DNA of 64,000 nucleotides from Polaromonas sp. (GTDB taxonomy: Bacteria; Pseudomonadota; Gammaproteobacteria; Burkholderiales; Burkholderiaceae_C). The translations under genes and the position numbers were made by a program. Of the stretch, positions 10,474-20,465 are shown in pieces (the stretch's first letter is position 1; each line of letters starts with the position of its first letter). Below the pieces are notes generated by a model, which ran no database searches, was not told the origin of the DNA, and saw only the letters and a program-made list of their open reading frames with translations. The stretch lies in the NCBI RefSeq assembly GCF_039932935.1, contig NZ_JBDTPB010000086.1:6057-70056 (forward strand), given 5' to 3'.

Positions 10474-10584
10474 GGCCCCCTGCTTTGTATGCGTTCGGCG
10501 TATGACCATTGTGCCATTAGCCGTCTTCACAGCGCAAAACCGGGCCTGCATACTCGCATCCTGCCTCAAACCGGGATTTTTGCC

Positions 10585-11793
10585 ATGACTTCTACCGCCG
10601 TTACGCATGACCATGCCGCCCCTGGCCTGCCGGCCTCGCTGATTCTTCTGCTCGCCACCGGCGCCGGCCTGGCAGCGGCTTCGCTCTATTACAGCCAGCC
10701 CATGCTGGCGTTGCTGCTCGCCGAATTCAAGTCAACGCCCGCCGCCGTCGGCCTGGTGCCCACACTGACCACGCTCGGTTACGCGCTGGGCATCGGGCTG
10801 CTCGCGCCGCTGGGCGACCGTTATGACCGCCGCCGCATCATTGTGGGCAAGGCCGCGGCGCTGGTGCTGGCGCTGCTGGTGGCCGCCGCCGCGTCGTCGG
10901 TGGCGGTGCTCGCGCTGGCCAGCCTCGCAATAGGCCTTGCGGCCACGCTCGCGCAAGATATCGTGCCGGCCGCCGCCACGTTGGCGCCCGAAGCGCAGCG
11001 CGGCAAAACCGTGGGCACCGTCATGACGGGCCTGTTGCTGGGCATCTTGCTGTCGCGTGTGGTGGCGGGCTTTGTGGCTGAACATTTCGGCTGGCGCAGC
11101 ATGTTTGTGGCGGCCGCCCTGGCCATTGCGCTGCTGGCTCTGGCGGTTTGGCGTCGCCTCCCGCGCTTTGCGCCCACCACGCAATTGCCGTATCTGGCCC
11201 TGCTTGGCTCGCTGGGCACGCTGTGGAAGCGCCACGGTGCGCTGCGCCGCGCAGCCATTGCGCAGGGGTTCATCAGCATCGGCTTCAGCGCCTTCTGGTC
11301 CACGCTCGCCATCATGTTGCACGCAGCCCCTTTCAACCTGGGCAGCAGCGCTGCCGGCGCCTTTGGCCTGGCAGGCGCCGCGGGGGCGCTTGCCGCACCG
11401 CTGGCCGGCCGCATCGCCGACAGCAAAGGCCCTGAACTGGTGACGCGTCTGGGCGCCGCCCTCGTCGCGGCCGCTTTCCTCGCCATGGCCCTGGGGCCGC
11501 AGCAGCTGTGGCTGATCGCCCTGGGCGCCGTGGTGTTTGACCTGGGCGCGCAGGCTGCGCTGATCGCGCACCAGACCATCATCTACAGCATCGAACCCGC
11601 CGCGCGCAGCCGTCTCAATGCGGTGCTCTTCATTGGCATGTTCAGCGGCATGGCAAGCGGCGCGTGGTTGGGCAGCGTGGTGCTGGCGCAAGCCGGCTGG
11701 CAAGGCGTGTGCGTGATGGCCGCTGTAGCCGGCGTGGCCGCGCTGGTGGTGCGGCTGTGGCCTGCGAAGAAACTGGCTGCGTGCGCCGCGTGA
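10585..11793 (+). CDS. MFS transporter (YnfM-like)
   Basis: About 12 TM segments; motif A-like PLGDRYDRRR; GKTVGTVMTGLLLGILLSR. Likely start 10585. Confidence 0.92.
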   Translation: MTSTAVTHDHAAPGLPASLILLLATGAGLAAASLYYSQPMLALLLAEFKSTPAAVGLVPTLTTLGYALGIGLLAPLGDRYDRRRIIVGKAAALVLALLVAAAASSVAVLALASLAIGLAATLAQDIVPAAATLAPEAQRGKTVGTVMTGLLLGILLSRVVAGFVAEHFGWRSMFVAAALAIALLALAVWRRLPRFAPTTQLPYLALLGSLGTLWKRHGALRRAAIAQGFISIGFSAFWSTLAIMLHAAPFNLGSSAAGAFGLAGAAGALAAPLAGRIADSKGPELVTRLGAALVAAAFLAMALGPQQLWLIALGAVVFDLGAQAALIAHQTIIYSIEPAARSRLNAVLFIGMFSGMASGAWLGSVVLAQAGWQGVCVMAAVAGVAALVVRLWPAKKLAACAA

Positions 11794-11809
11794 AAACGAC
11801 GCTGGACTG

Positions 11810-12844
11810 TCAAGCCGTTTCAGGAATCGTTGCAATCATGCCAGCCGTGCGCGCCCTGACCTCCGGCGAGGCCAGGCATGTCATCACCGCCTCGTATCCC
11901 GCGGCGCCGGGATAGGGCGCCACACGCATCGGCGGGCTGTGATTCGCCGGGCAGAGGATGATGGTTTCCTCAGCGCCCATTGCCGCCAGATCCAGAATTG
12001 CTGACGAGCGTGTCAGGAGGAAAAGCGGGCGCGCATCGACCCTGGCACGCTGGCGCAGGTAAATGATGAGCGCTTCCTGCGTGGTCTGGTCCAGCCCTTG
12101 CTCCACCATGTCGACGACGAAGACGGCGGGCCCTTCGGCCTCCAGGCCTGCCAATAGCGCAGTCAAGGCTTCCGACTCCACCGCACCTTCATCCACCAGC
12201 CAGGCCAGCGCCCCTTCAACACGCTGCTTCACCGTGGCATCAGTTTGCAAGATACCGGTATTTGCCGCTGCGCGGTCCGCCCGGTCAAGGCCCAGGAAGA
12301 CTGCATTCGGCAGCCCTTCGGCCAACAGCAAAGCCAGACGTGTCTTACCACTGCCAAGCGGCCCGATGATGTAGTTCAGCGGCCGTATGTCGGCAAGCTC
12401 AAACCACTCGCCGCCCCAGGGCCAGGGCAGCTCAAAGCTCAGGTTGAACTTGGCATAAGGATTCAGCACACGCTCAAGCTCCCCCCGGCCTGGCGCCTTG
12501 CCGCGAAGAAGATCCGCGCGCAGCGTGCGGACTTTGCCAATCGTGTCGACCAGCTTACGGACTTCGGATTCGAGCGACGCCTCGTGCAAGGCAAGCGCCG
12601 GCTCCAGGCTTTGTGGGTCGCCCTCAAACGCCTCTGCGATCTGCGCCAAACTCAAGCCGAGCTTGCGCAGCGCCACTACCTCCGCCGCACGCGCCATCGC
12701 GTCGGGGCCATAGACCCGGTAGCCTGCGGCGGTGCGCTCTGGCGTCACCAGGCCTCGCTGCTCATACAGTCGCAAGGCTTTTATCGATACGCCGAGTCGC
12801 CTTGCCGCCTCGGAGGCGCCCGGGTGCGCGTGGGGAAAATTCAT
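11810..12844 (-). CDS. MerR family regulator fused to a P-loop (ABC/AAA_21-like) domain
   Basis: MerR HTH (LGVSIKALRLYEQRGL, GYRVY), Walker A GPLGSGKT and degenerate Walker B VFVVDMVEQGLD. Confidence 0.85.
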   Translation of the reverse strand: MNFPHAHPGASEAARRLGVSIKALRLYEQRGLVTPERTAAGYRVYGPDAMARAAEVVALRKLGLSLAQIAEAFEGDPQSLEPALALHEASLESEVRKLVDTIGKVRTLRADLLRGKAPGRGELERVLNPYAKFNLSFELPWPWGGEWFELADIRPLNYIIGPLGSGKTRLALLLAEGLPNAVFLGLDRADRAAANTGILQTDATVKQRVEGALAWLVDEGAVESEALTALLAGLEAEGPAVFVVDMVEQGLDQTTQEALIIYLRQRARVDARPLFLLTRSSAILDLAAMGAEETIILCPANHSPPMRVAPYPGAAGYEAVMTCLASPEVRARTAGMIATIPETA

Positions 12845-12887
12845 GAGGGACCTCTGGGTTGCTTCAGGATTGCTGTGAACTTTCAGC

Positions 12888-12918
12888 ATCATGAAGGCGG
12901 ACCCAGGGGTCGAGTCAA
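12888..12918 (-). promoter_or_regulatory. MerR-type promoter with 19-bp spacer
   Basis: Minus strand reads TTGACT-CGACCCCTGGGTCCGCCTT-CATGAT; the spacer holds the dyad GACCC-CT-GGGTC. Confidence 0.6.
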
Positions 12919-12971
12919 CAGGACATGGAAGAAATCGAATCTCGAATCTTCTTTGGCCCGCTCAACGCAAC

Positions 12972-13847
12972 TCAAGCCGCCAACGCTGCCAGCGGAAAGT
13001 CCGTCGAGGCGGACAGCGCTCGCCAGGCCTTCACCTCGGCCTCGACAAACGCATGCTTGTCTTCGATGACCTTCAAAGTGTCGGTGCCCATCGGCAGGCG
13101 CAGCGGCGGCGTGTCTGACGCCACCAGGGTCAGCATGGCTTGCGCCAGACGCAGCGGGTCACCTGCCTGCTTGTGGCTGATTTGCGCGGCCACTTCGCGC
13201 ACCTTGCCGGCGCTGCTCGCGTAGTCGTCCAGAATGCGCGGCGACACTGCCAGCGAAGCGCTGTCCAGAAAGTCGGTGCGAAAGTAGCCCGGCTCCACGG
13301 TCGTGACGTGAATGTTCAGCGGCGCCAGTTCCCCGTGCAACGCTTCTGTCAGGCCTTCCACCGCAAATTTGGTTGAGCAATATACACCAAACCCGGGAGC
13401 CGACTGGTAACCGCCCAGCGACGAGATGTTGATGACGTGGCCGCTGCGGCGCGCGCGCATGGCCGGCAGCACGGCGCGTGTCACGTTCAGCAGCCCGAAC
13501 ACATTGGTCTCATACAGGCGTCGCACTTCGTCGGCCGTGGCTTCTTCCACCGCGCCCAGAAGGCCGTAGCCCGCGTTGTTGACCAGCACGTCGATGCGGC
13601 CAAAACGCGCCAGTGCGGCTTGTACGGCCGCCACCGCCTGTACCTCGTCGGTCACGTCCAGCGGCAAGGCCAGCAGCGCATCGCTGGCGGGAAATCTCTT
13701 TTGCACCGAGGCGGCGTCGCGTGACGTTGCCACCACAGCGTCGCCGTGGGCCAGCGCTGCTTCTGCGATGCGGGCGCCAATGCCGCGCGCCGCGCCGGTG
13801 ATCATCCAGACGCGTTTGAAACTGGCTTTTGTGGTTTTTGCATTCAT
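12972..13847 (-). CDS. SDR family oxidoreductase
   Basis: TGAARGIG, NNAGYG and YCSTK motifs. Likely start 13847. Confidence 0.93.
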   Translation of the reverse strand: MNAKTTKASFKRVWMITGAARGIGARIAEAALAHGDAVVATSRDAASVQKRFPASDALLALPLDVTDEVQAVAAVQAALARFGRIDVLVNNAGYGLLGAVEEATADEVRRLYETNVFGLLNVTRAVLPAMRARRSGHVINISSLGGYQSAPGFGVYCSTKFAVEGLTEALHGELAPLNIHVTTVEPGYFRTDFLDSASLAVSPRILDDYASSAGKVREVAAQISHKQAGDPLRLAQAMLTLVASDTPPLRLPMGTDTLKVIEDKHAFVEAEVKAWRALSASTDFPLAALAA

Positions 13848-14012
13848 GGTCTTGCCCTCTAAAAAAAGTTGCGGAGGAGGGCAATGTAGGTTTTCGATTG
13901 CGTGTTGAATAGACCACAATTGCCGGGTTCATAATCAAGTAAAACATGACAATCCGGGACTCAATCCAGGCCTAATTCCCCTGTGCCCACTGTGAATATG
14001 CAAGGAGCCTCC

Positions 14013-14987
14013 ATGGCCTTCAATGAACTGCGCGCCATTTCCACCTTCGTCAAGGCAGCCGAGCTGGGCAGCCTGCGCCAGGCCGCCGCCGCGCAGGCCA
14101 TCACGCCGCAAGCCGCCAGCCAGGCGCTGGTGCAGCTTGAACAGCATCTGGGTGTGCGCCTTTTCCACCGCACCACCCGCAGCCTGAGCCTCACCGAAGA
14201 GGGCGAGCAATTCCTGCAGGCCGCGCAGCCGGGGCTTTTCACCCTGCGGCGCGCACTGCACGGCGCGCGGCGCGGCCGCGAGGACATCGCCGGGCCGCTG
14301 CGCATCGCGGTGCCGCGCTCCATCATGCTCGAGGTGCTGTGGCCGGTGCTTGAGGAATACTGCCGGCGCCATCCACAGGTGGACCCGGACATCCAGATGG
14401 ACGACCGCATCGGCAACTGGGTCGAAGACCGCATCGACGTCGGCTTTCGCGCCGGCTCACCCCCCGAGGGAGGCGTCATCTCGCGGCGCGTCCTGCCGCT
14501 GCAGCTGATCGTCTGCGCCTCACCGGCCTACATCGCGCGGCACGGCGCGCCGCAGACCCTCGACGAACTCGCGGCGCACCGCTGCAGCGGCTTCAGGCAC
14601 ACCGGCACCGGCAAGGCCATGCCCTGGGAATTCAAGGTCGTCGAAGAAGTCGTGGGCCGAAACATCGCGGCCTCATTCCTGACCAACGACGTGGACCTGG
14701 AGGCGCGCGCCGTGGTGGCCGGCCAGGTCGTGGGCCAGCTCATAGGCGTTACCGCGGCGCCGCTGGTGCGCGCGGGCAAGCTGGTGCCGTTGCTCACGCA
14801 GCACGTCACCGAACATCTGGGCCTGTATGTGTATTACGGCAGCCGCAATGCGCAGCCCGCGCGTGCGCGGGCTTTCATCGACCTGGTGGTCGAGCGACTG
14901 GCGGGGAATACGCAGTTCTTTCTGGAGCCGCATGAGCTCGTGACCCCGAAGCCCAAAGCCACGCACACGCGGTCGGCCGCAAAATAA
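14013..14987 (+). CDS. LysR family regulator
   Basis: LFHRTTRSLSLTEEG and substrate-binding domain; divergent from the SDR gene; AAGGAG RBS before 14013. Confidence 0.93.
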   Translation: MAFNELRAISTFVKAAELGSLRQAAAAQAITPQAASQALVQLEQHLGVRLFHRTTRSLSLTEEGEQFLQAAQPGLFTLRRALHGARRGREDIAGPLRIAVPRSIMLEVLWPVLEEYCRRHPQVDPDIQMDDRIGNWVEDRIDVGFRAGSPPEGGVISRRVLPLQLIVCASPAYIARHGAPQTLDELAAHRCSGFRHTGTGKAMPWEFKVVEEVVGRNIAASFLTNDVDLEARAVVAGQVVGQLIGVTAAPLVRAGKLVPLLTQHVTEHLGLYVYYGSRNAQPARARAFIDLVVERLAGNTQFFLEPHELVTPKPKATHTRSAAK

Positions 14988-15188
14988 AAAGCCGCGCAAG
15001 CGGCCGCGGCTCAGTTCTCCGCGGCCAGCGCCAGCCGCCCCAGCCTTCCTACAGCGTTCTCAGTCCCAGGCTGACGTCCGGCGCGGCGCACGCGGACTAG
15101 ATTGGCCGTTCAGTCGCTGCGGTTTCTTTCAACCCTTCCTCTCAGGTGCGATGTCTGGTGGCTGACGCGCGCCGGTCAAAGAACAAAA

Positions 15189-17660
15189 ATGCCGTCTTAC
15201 AACACCGCCCCTCCCGTCCCGCCCCCTCCCAACCCTGTCAACCCCCTCAAGCGCCGCCCCGCCTGGTTCACCGGCCTGGTCTTGCTCGTGCTTGGGGTGC
15301 CCCTTTTGCTCGCCGGGTTCTGGCTGGTGGTGCTGGGTGGCTCCTCCTACTACCTGCTCGCGGGCCTGGGCTTTGTGCTGGCGGGCGTGCTGCTGGCGCG
15401 CCGCAGCCCGGCCGGGCTGTGGGCCTTTGCGTTGCTGGTTGGCGGCACGCTGGCCTGGGCGCTATGGGAAGCCGGGCTGGACTGGTGGCCGCTGGCCGCG
15501 CGCGGCGGCGTGGTGTTTATCCTCGGGCTGTTCCTGATGACGCCCTGGATCGCCCGCACCTGGCCCATAGACTCTCCGGGGCATGAGGGCTTGATGGGCG
15601 CGCGCGGCGGCCGCTGGGCACTGGGCACGGTGCTCGGCGCGTTCCTCATCGCGGCGGTCGTCGCCGGCTTTCACGACGACAACCGCCTTGTAGGCCTGCA
15701 GCCCCTGGCACCCATGGGCGCCGCTCCCATGGCACCGGGTGACGGTGTGCCGCCGGGTGAATGGCACGCCTACGGCCGCACCGGCCAGGGCCAGCGCTAT
15801 TCGCCGCTGGCGCAAATCACGCCCGGCAACGTCAAGAGCCTGGAGATGGCCTGGGAGTACCGCACCGGCGATGTTCGCGGCCGCCCCGGCGACCCGCAGG
15901 AAACCACCTTCGAGGTGACGCCGCTCAAAATCGGCACACGCCTGTTCTTCTGCACGCCGCACCAGTCGGTGATCGCGCTCGACGCCACCACCGGCGCCGA
16001 AATCTGGCGCTACAACCCCGAAATCAAAAGCCAGCTCGCACTGCAGCACCTGACTTGCCGCGGCTTGTCCTACCAGCCGCCGGCCACCACACCGCCGCCC
16101 GCGCCCAGCGCCGACGGCACCTGCCCGGCCAAGCTCTTCATGCCCACGGCCGACGGCCGCGTGATCGCGCTCAGCCCCGAGACCGGCAAGCCCTGTACTG
16201 CTTTCGGCGGCAAGGGTGAGATAGACCTCTGGGCCAATATGCCCAACCTCAAGCCCGGCGCCTACTACTCGACCTCGCCCGTGGTGGTGACGTCGCGGCT
16301 CATCATCGTCGGCGGCACCGTGCTCGACAACGTCTCCACCAAAGAGCAGTCCGGCGTCATCCGCGCCTTCGACATCAACACCGGCGCGCTGGTATGGGCC
16401 TGGGATTCCGGCCGGCCCGACAGCAGCGTGCCGCTCCCGCCCGGCGCCAGCTACACGGCCAACTCGCCCAACAGCTGGTCGATTTCCAGCGTCGATGAAG
16501 CGCTGGGCATGGTCTACGTGCCCCTGGGCAACCAGCCGCCCGACCAATGGGGCGGCAACCGCAGCCCCGCGGTGGAAACCTATTCGTCCTCCGTCGTCGC
16601 GCTGGACCTGGCCACCGGCAAGGTGCGCTGGAATTTCCAGACCGTGCACCACGACCTCTGGGACTACGACGTGCCCGCCCAACCGAGCCTGCTGGACCTC
16701 ACCATCAACGGCAACCGGGTGCCCGCGCTCGTGCAGCCCACCAAGCAGGGCGAGATCTTTGTGCTGGACCGCCGCACCGGCACGCCGCTGCTGCCGGTGA
16801 CGGAACTTCCCGCGCCACAGGGTGCCGCGCAGGGCGACAACAGCGCGCCCACCCAGCCCAAGTCGGCGCTGTCCTTCAACCCGCCGCCGCTGACCGGCCG
16901 CGACATGTGGGGCGCCACCATGTTCGACCAGCTGTATTGCCGTATCGCCTTTCACCGCCTGCGCTACGAGGGCCGCTTCACCCCGCCGTCCACGCAGGGC
17001 ACGCTGGTGTATCCCGGCAACTTCGGTGTCTTCAACTGGGGCGGTGTGGCCGTCGACCCGGTGCGGCAGATGGTGTTCACCACGCCGACCTACCTGGCCT
17101 TTGTCTCCAAGCTCGTGCCGCGGCCTGATGCCACCAGCCTCTTGGTGCAAGGCAAGGAAAGGCCCGAAGGCAGCTTGCCGTCGCTTAATGAAAACTTCGG
17201 CGCGCCGTTTGCCGTCAAGCTCAGCGCGTTTGTGTCACCGCTGGGCATACCCTGCCAGGCGCCGCCCTGGGGGTATGTGGCGGGTGCTGATCTCACCACC
17301 GGCAACATCGCATGGCAACATAAAAACGGCACCGTGCGGGACCTCGCGCCGCTGCCCTTGCCTTTCCGCATGGGCGTGCCCAACCTCGGCGGGCCGGTGA
17401 CTACCGCCGGTGGCGTGGCCTTTCTGTCGGGCACGCTGGACTACTACCTGCGGGCCTACGAGGTCGACACGGGCAAAGAGATCTGGAAGAGCCGTTTGCC
17501 TGCCGGCGGCCAGGCCACACCCATGACCTACACCGGCGCCGACGGCCGGCAATATGTGCTGGTGGTGGCCGGCGGCCATGGGTCGCTCGGTACCAAAGCG
17601 GGTGACTATGTGCGGGCCTACGCGTTGCCGCCGGCCACCGCGCCCCGTGCTACTCCCTAG
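15189..17660 (+). CDS. Membrane-bound PQQ-dependent dehydrogenase, glucose/quinate/shikimate family
   Basis: N-terminal TM helices; WHAYGRT, QRYSPLAQITP, CRGLSY, HHDLWDYD, PPWG and C-terminal beta-propeller Trp repeats. Likely start 15189. Confidence 0.93.
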   Translation: MPSYNTAPPVPPPPNPVNPLKRRPAWFTGLVLLVLGVPLLLAGFWLVVLGGSSYYLLAGLGFVLAGVLLARRSPAGLWAFALLVGGTLAWALWEAGLDWWPLAARGGVVFILGLFLMTPWIARTWPIDSPGHEGLMGARGGRWALGTVLGAFLIAAVVAGFHDDNRLVGLQPLAPMGAAPMAPGDGVPPGEWHAYGRTGQGQRYSPLAQITPGNVKSLEMAWEYRTGDVRGRPGDPQETTFEVTPLKIGTRLFFCTPHQSVIALDATTGAEIWRYNPEIKSQLALQHLTCRGLSYQPPATTPPPAPSADGTCPAKLFMPTADGRVIALSPETGKPCTAFGGKGEIDLWANMPNLKPGAYYSTSPVVVTSRLIIVGGTVLDNVSTKEQSGVIRAFDINTGALVWAWDSGRPDSSVPLPPGASYTANSPNSWSISSVDEALGMVYVPLGNQPPDQWGGNRSPAVETYSSSVVALDLATGKVRWNFQTVHHDLWDYDVPAQPSLLDLTINGNRVPALVQPTKQGEIFVLDRRTGTPLLPVTELPAPQGAAQGDNSAPTQPKSALSFNPPPLTGRDMWGATMFDQLYCRIAFHRLRYEGRFTPPSTQGTLVYPGNFGVFNWGGVAVDPVRQMVFTTPTYLAFVSKLVPRPDATSLLVQGKERPEGSLPSLNENFGAPFAVKLSAFVSPLGIPCQAPPWGYVAGADLTTGNIAWQHKNGTVRDLAPLPLPFRMGVPNLGGPVTTAGGVAFLSGTLDYYLRAYEVDTGKEIWKSRLPAGGQATPMTYTGADGRQYVLVVAGGHGSLGTKAGDYVRAYALPPATAPRATP

Positions 17661-17693
17661 CCCGACCTGCATGCCGGCAGGGTGCGTCCCGCG

Positions 17694-18560
17694 CTATGCC
17701 GCCGCTTTGGCCCATTCACGCGGCGACACCCCTGTCTTTTGCACAAAAAGGCGCGACAGTGCCGACGCGTTCGCATAACCGAGCTGCGAGGCGATGGCCT
17801 TGAGAGACTGGCCGCTGCGCAGCTCGCTCTGCGCAATCGCCAGCCGCCACGTCGCCAGGTAGTCCGCAGGTGTTTGCCCGACCTTCTGCTTGAACAGCAC
17901 CGCAAAAGCGCTGCGTGACATGCCGGCCGATTGCGCCAGTCGCTCCAGGCTCCAGGCTTCACCCGGGCTTTCATGCACCGCCACCAGGGCGCGCGCCAGC
18001 CGCGGTTCGCCCAGGCCGGCCAGCAGGCCCTCGGGCACACCGCCGGCCTCAGGGTGGTCCAGCAGCCAGCGCAGCAGTTGCAGCAGCAACACCTCAAACA
18101 GCCTGTCGGCCAGCAGCCTTTGGCCGCAGCGTACCTGTTCAGTCTCGGCAAACAGCAGTGCCAGCGTGTGCTCCAGACCCTGCACGCGTGAGAGCGGCAA
18201 CACCACCAGCGCCGGCAGAGCGCGCGCCAGCGGGTGGTTGGCGCCGCCGTCAAATGCCAGCGTCGCGCAAGTGAAGTCGGCGCCTTCCACCGGTGCGTTG
18301 TGAAAGTCGTGCGCCAGGGGGCGCGGGTAAAACACCAGACTCGGTTCGTTCACCTTCACCCGCTTTGGCGCACCTGTTCCGGCGCGGTGCGTCACCACCA
18401 TGGTTCCCCGCCGCATCACGTGCAAAAAACCCAGCCCGGCCTCGGGCGTGAAATGCGTGACGCCACACAGCGGCCCGTTGTGAAACATATGGGCCCGCAC
18501 GCGAAAGCGGTCCATCAGGGCGGAAAGCCGGTCGAGTCCTTCGGTCATGGGGGCGGTCAT
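17694..18560 (-). CDS. AraC family regulator with cupin_6 domain (RclR-like)
   Basis: N-terminal cupin with two Cys (GPLCG, FTCATL); WSLERLAQSAGMSRSAF and GYANASALSRLF HTH motifs. Confidence 0.88.
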   Translation of the reverse strand: MTAPMTEGLDRLSALMDRFRVRAHMFHNGPLCGVTHFTPEAGLGFLHVMRRGTMVVTHRAGTGAPKRVKVNEPSLVFYPRPLAHDFHNAPVEGADFTCATLAFDGGANHPLARALPALVVLPLSRVQGLEHTLALLFAETEQVRCGQRLLADRLFEVLLLQLLRWLLDHPEAGGVPEGLLAGLGEPRLARALVAVHESPGEAWSLERLAQSAGMSRSAFAVLFKQKVGQTPADYLATWRLAIAQSELRSGQSLKAIASQLGYANASALSRLFVQKTGVSPREWAKAAA

Positions 18561-18728
18561 GCGATGTAGATGGGTTGGGTTTGGACGATAAGGATGCTTT
18601 GCTGGACGAATTAATCCAATAAGTCCTGATTGTCGCCGCAAACTGCTTCTGTGCAGCGAAGGACCACAAAGCCATCGTCGCGCGAATGTTTTACCTCCAA
18701 CTCGACTTTTCAACCCAAGGACTCCACC

Positions 18729-19277
18729 ATGTCACGCATTCCACTCATCACTCCTGCCACCGCATCCGCCGACCGTAAGGTCCTACTTGACCAGGTGACC
18801 CAGGCTTTTGGCGCCACGCCCAACATGTTCAAGGCGGTCGCCAACTCACCCGCCGCGCTCAAAAGCATGTGGGGCTCGTTTGGCGCCTTGGGCGGTGGCG
18901 TGATCAACGCCCAACTGGGCGAACAGATTGCCGTGGCGGTTGCCGATCGCAATGCGTGCGAATACTGCCTTGCGGCCCACACCGCGCTGGGCCGCAAGGC
19001 CGGCGTCAGTGCCGAGGGCATGGCCGCCGCGCAACGCGGTGAATCTGCAGACCCGGCCACAGCAGCGGCGCTGGCGTTTTCGCTCAAGCTGGTCAATGAG
19101 CGCGGCAACGTGTCTGAAGCCGACGTGCAAGCCGTCCGCCAGGCGGGCTTTAGCGATGAGCAGATTGTGGAGATCCTCGCGCATGTGGCGCTCAATCTTT
19201 TCACCAATTACGTCAACGTGGCGTTTGCGGTGCCGGTCGACTTCGCGCCGGTCAAGCTGAGCCGCGCCGCGGCCTGA
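18729..19277 (+). CDS. AhpD-like/carboxymuconolactone decarboxylase family peroxidase
   Basis: EQIAVAVADRNACEYCLAAH with CxxC; divergent from the AraC gene. Confidence 0.9.
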   Translation: MSRIPLITPATASADRKVLLDQVTQAFGATPNMFKAVANSPAALKSMWGSFGALGGGVINAQLGEQIAVAVADRNACEYCLAAHTALGRKAGVSAEGMAAAQRGESADPATAAALAFSLKLVNERGNVSEADVQAVRQAGFSDEQIVEILAHVALNLFTNYVNVAFAVPVDFAPVKLSRAAA

Positions 19278-19371
19278 TACTGCGCCGCCTGTTGGCGAGA
19301 CTTCGTTTTCCGCCGGACGCGCGGCCAGCACAATGCAGGCTGCGCTGCCCTCAAAGCGCAATCAAATGGGC

Positions 19372-20298
19372 TTACGGGGTCTCGTCGGGAAATAGCGGCT
19401 GGCCCTGGCTGGCGGCGAGGTCCCGGTAAAAGGTTTTCACGGGCACCAGCGTTTCGCGTTGCCTTGCGGCCGTCCCTTTTTGGGCCGGCGCTGCCTCTTG
19501 CGCGTTGCTGCCTTCGCTTTCCACCGGCCGCTGTGCATCTTGCCCCAACGCTGGCCGGATGCAGAACTTGCGTATCTTTTCCTGCACGTCTTGAGGCAGC
19601 TCTTTGCGCGTGCCAAAGCGCCGGCCGTCCACTTGCAGCACGTCGTCTTTCAGTAGCGCCGCCACATCCAGCAGCGGCCGCGCCTGGTTTTGGTTAAACC
19701 CCACACGTATTGCTTTGCCATCGCCGATTTTGTATTGCGTGACCTTGATGCGCTGTGGCTCGCCATGGGCATCTACTTCCACGTCGCCCATAAAAAAGTA
19801 GCGCGCAGATGCCGCAGCCATGGGCGGCAGCTTGTAGCTTCCGCTCCATTCATTTTTGCCTTTGGTAAACAGCGGCTGCAGCGTGGCGGGCAGCGACTCG
19901 TCGGCCGACACCGCAAACACCGGCGCGCGCGCCTTGGCAAGCGTGTGGCCATGAAAGTCGAACACCACGTTCTGGCCCTGATCCGCCGCGGGGCGGGCAA
20001 ACGCAGGAAACAGCGCGATCTCTTGCCGCACTTGCTGCAGCCGCACGCCCGCGTCCGCGCCCGGCTCCGCCTTCCAGCGGCCGCCCAGCAGCATGTCGAG
20101 TGAGCCGCCCATGAAAGACAGGCAAAAGGTGTTGTCGTCCAGCAGCATCAGCTGTGTGCGGGTGTCGACCGAGCCGTTGGTGTAGCCGCCCACATACGCA
20201 GTTTCGGCAGGGGTCAGGGCAACAGCCTGTGCCAGCGGCAGCAGGGCCGTGAGCAGCAGCGCCAGCTTGGGCAGGCGTGTGAAAGGGGGCTTGGGCAC
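19372..20298 (-). CDS. Secreted hypothetical protein, paralog 1 of 3
   Basis: Signal peptide (LALLLTALLPLAQA); strongly similar to 35079-35978 and 36155-37078; GTG start. Confidence 0.85.
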   Translation of the reverse strand: MPKPPFTRLPKLALLLTALLPLAQAVALTPAETAYVGGYTNGSVDTRTQLMLLDDNTFCLSFMGGSLDMLLGGRWKAEPGADAGVRLQQVRQEIALFPAFARPAADQGQNVVFDFHGHTLAKARAPVFAVSADESLPATLQPLFTKGKNEWSGSYKLPPMAAASARYFFMGDVEVDAHGEPQRIKVTQYKIGDGKAIRVGFNQNQARPLLDVAALLKDDVLQVDGRRFGTRKELPQDVQEKIRKFCIRPALGQDAQRPVESEGSNAQEAAPAQKGTAARQRETLVPVKTFYRDLAASQGQPLFPDETP

Positions 20299-20391
20299 AG
20301 GGCGTTCCAGGGTGAAAAAGAGGGTGAACTATAGGGCCGCGGCACGCGCCTGGCCGGGCCTGACGCGTTGGCCTTGTAAGCATTTGCGAGT

Positions 20392-20448
20392 GAAATAGCC
20401 CCCCGGCCCAATCAAACCGTGCGCAAGCAGCTCCTGAAAAGATAGCAA
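20392..20448 (+). repeat. REP-like family B, copy 3
   Basis: GCCCAATCAAACCGTGCGCAAGCAGCTCCTGAAAAGATAGCAA. Confidence 0.75.
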
Positions 20449-20465
20449 GCGCGATGTGCCGTGCG

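Noticed and set aside
15189-17660. PQQ dehydrogenase without pqq genes as an anomaly
   Set aside because: pqq operons are commonly unlinked or PQQ is scavenged; this cannot be judged from one window. The gcd versus quiA assignment was also left open.
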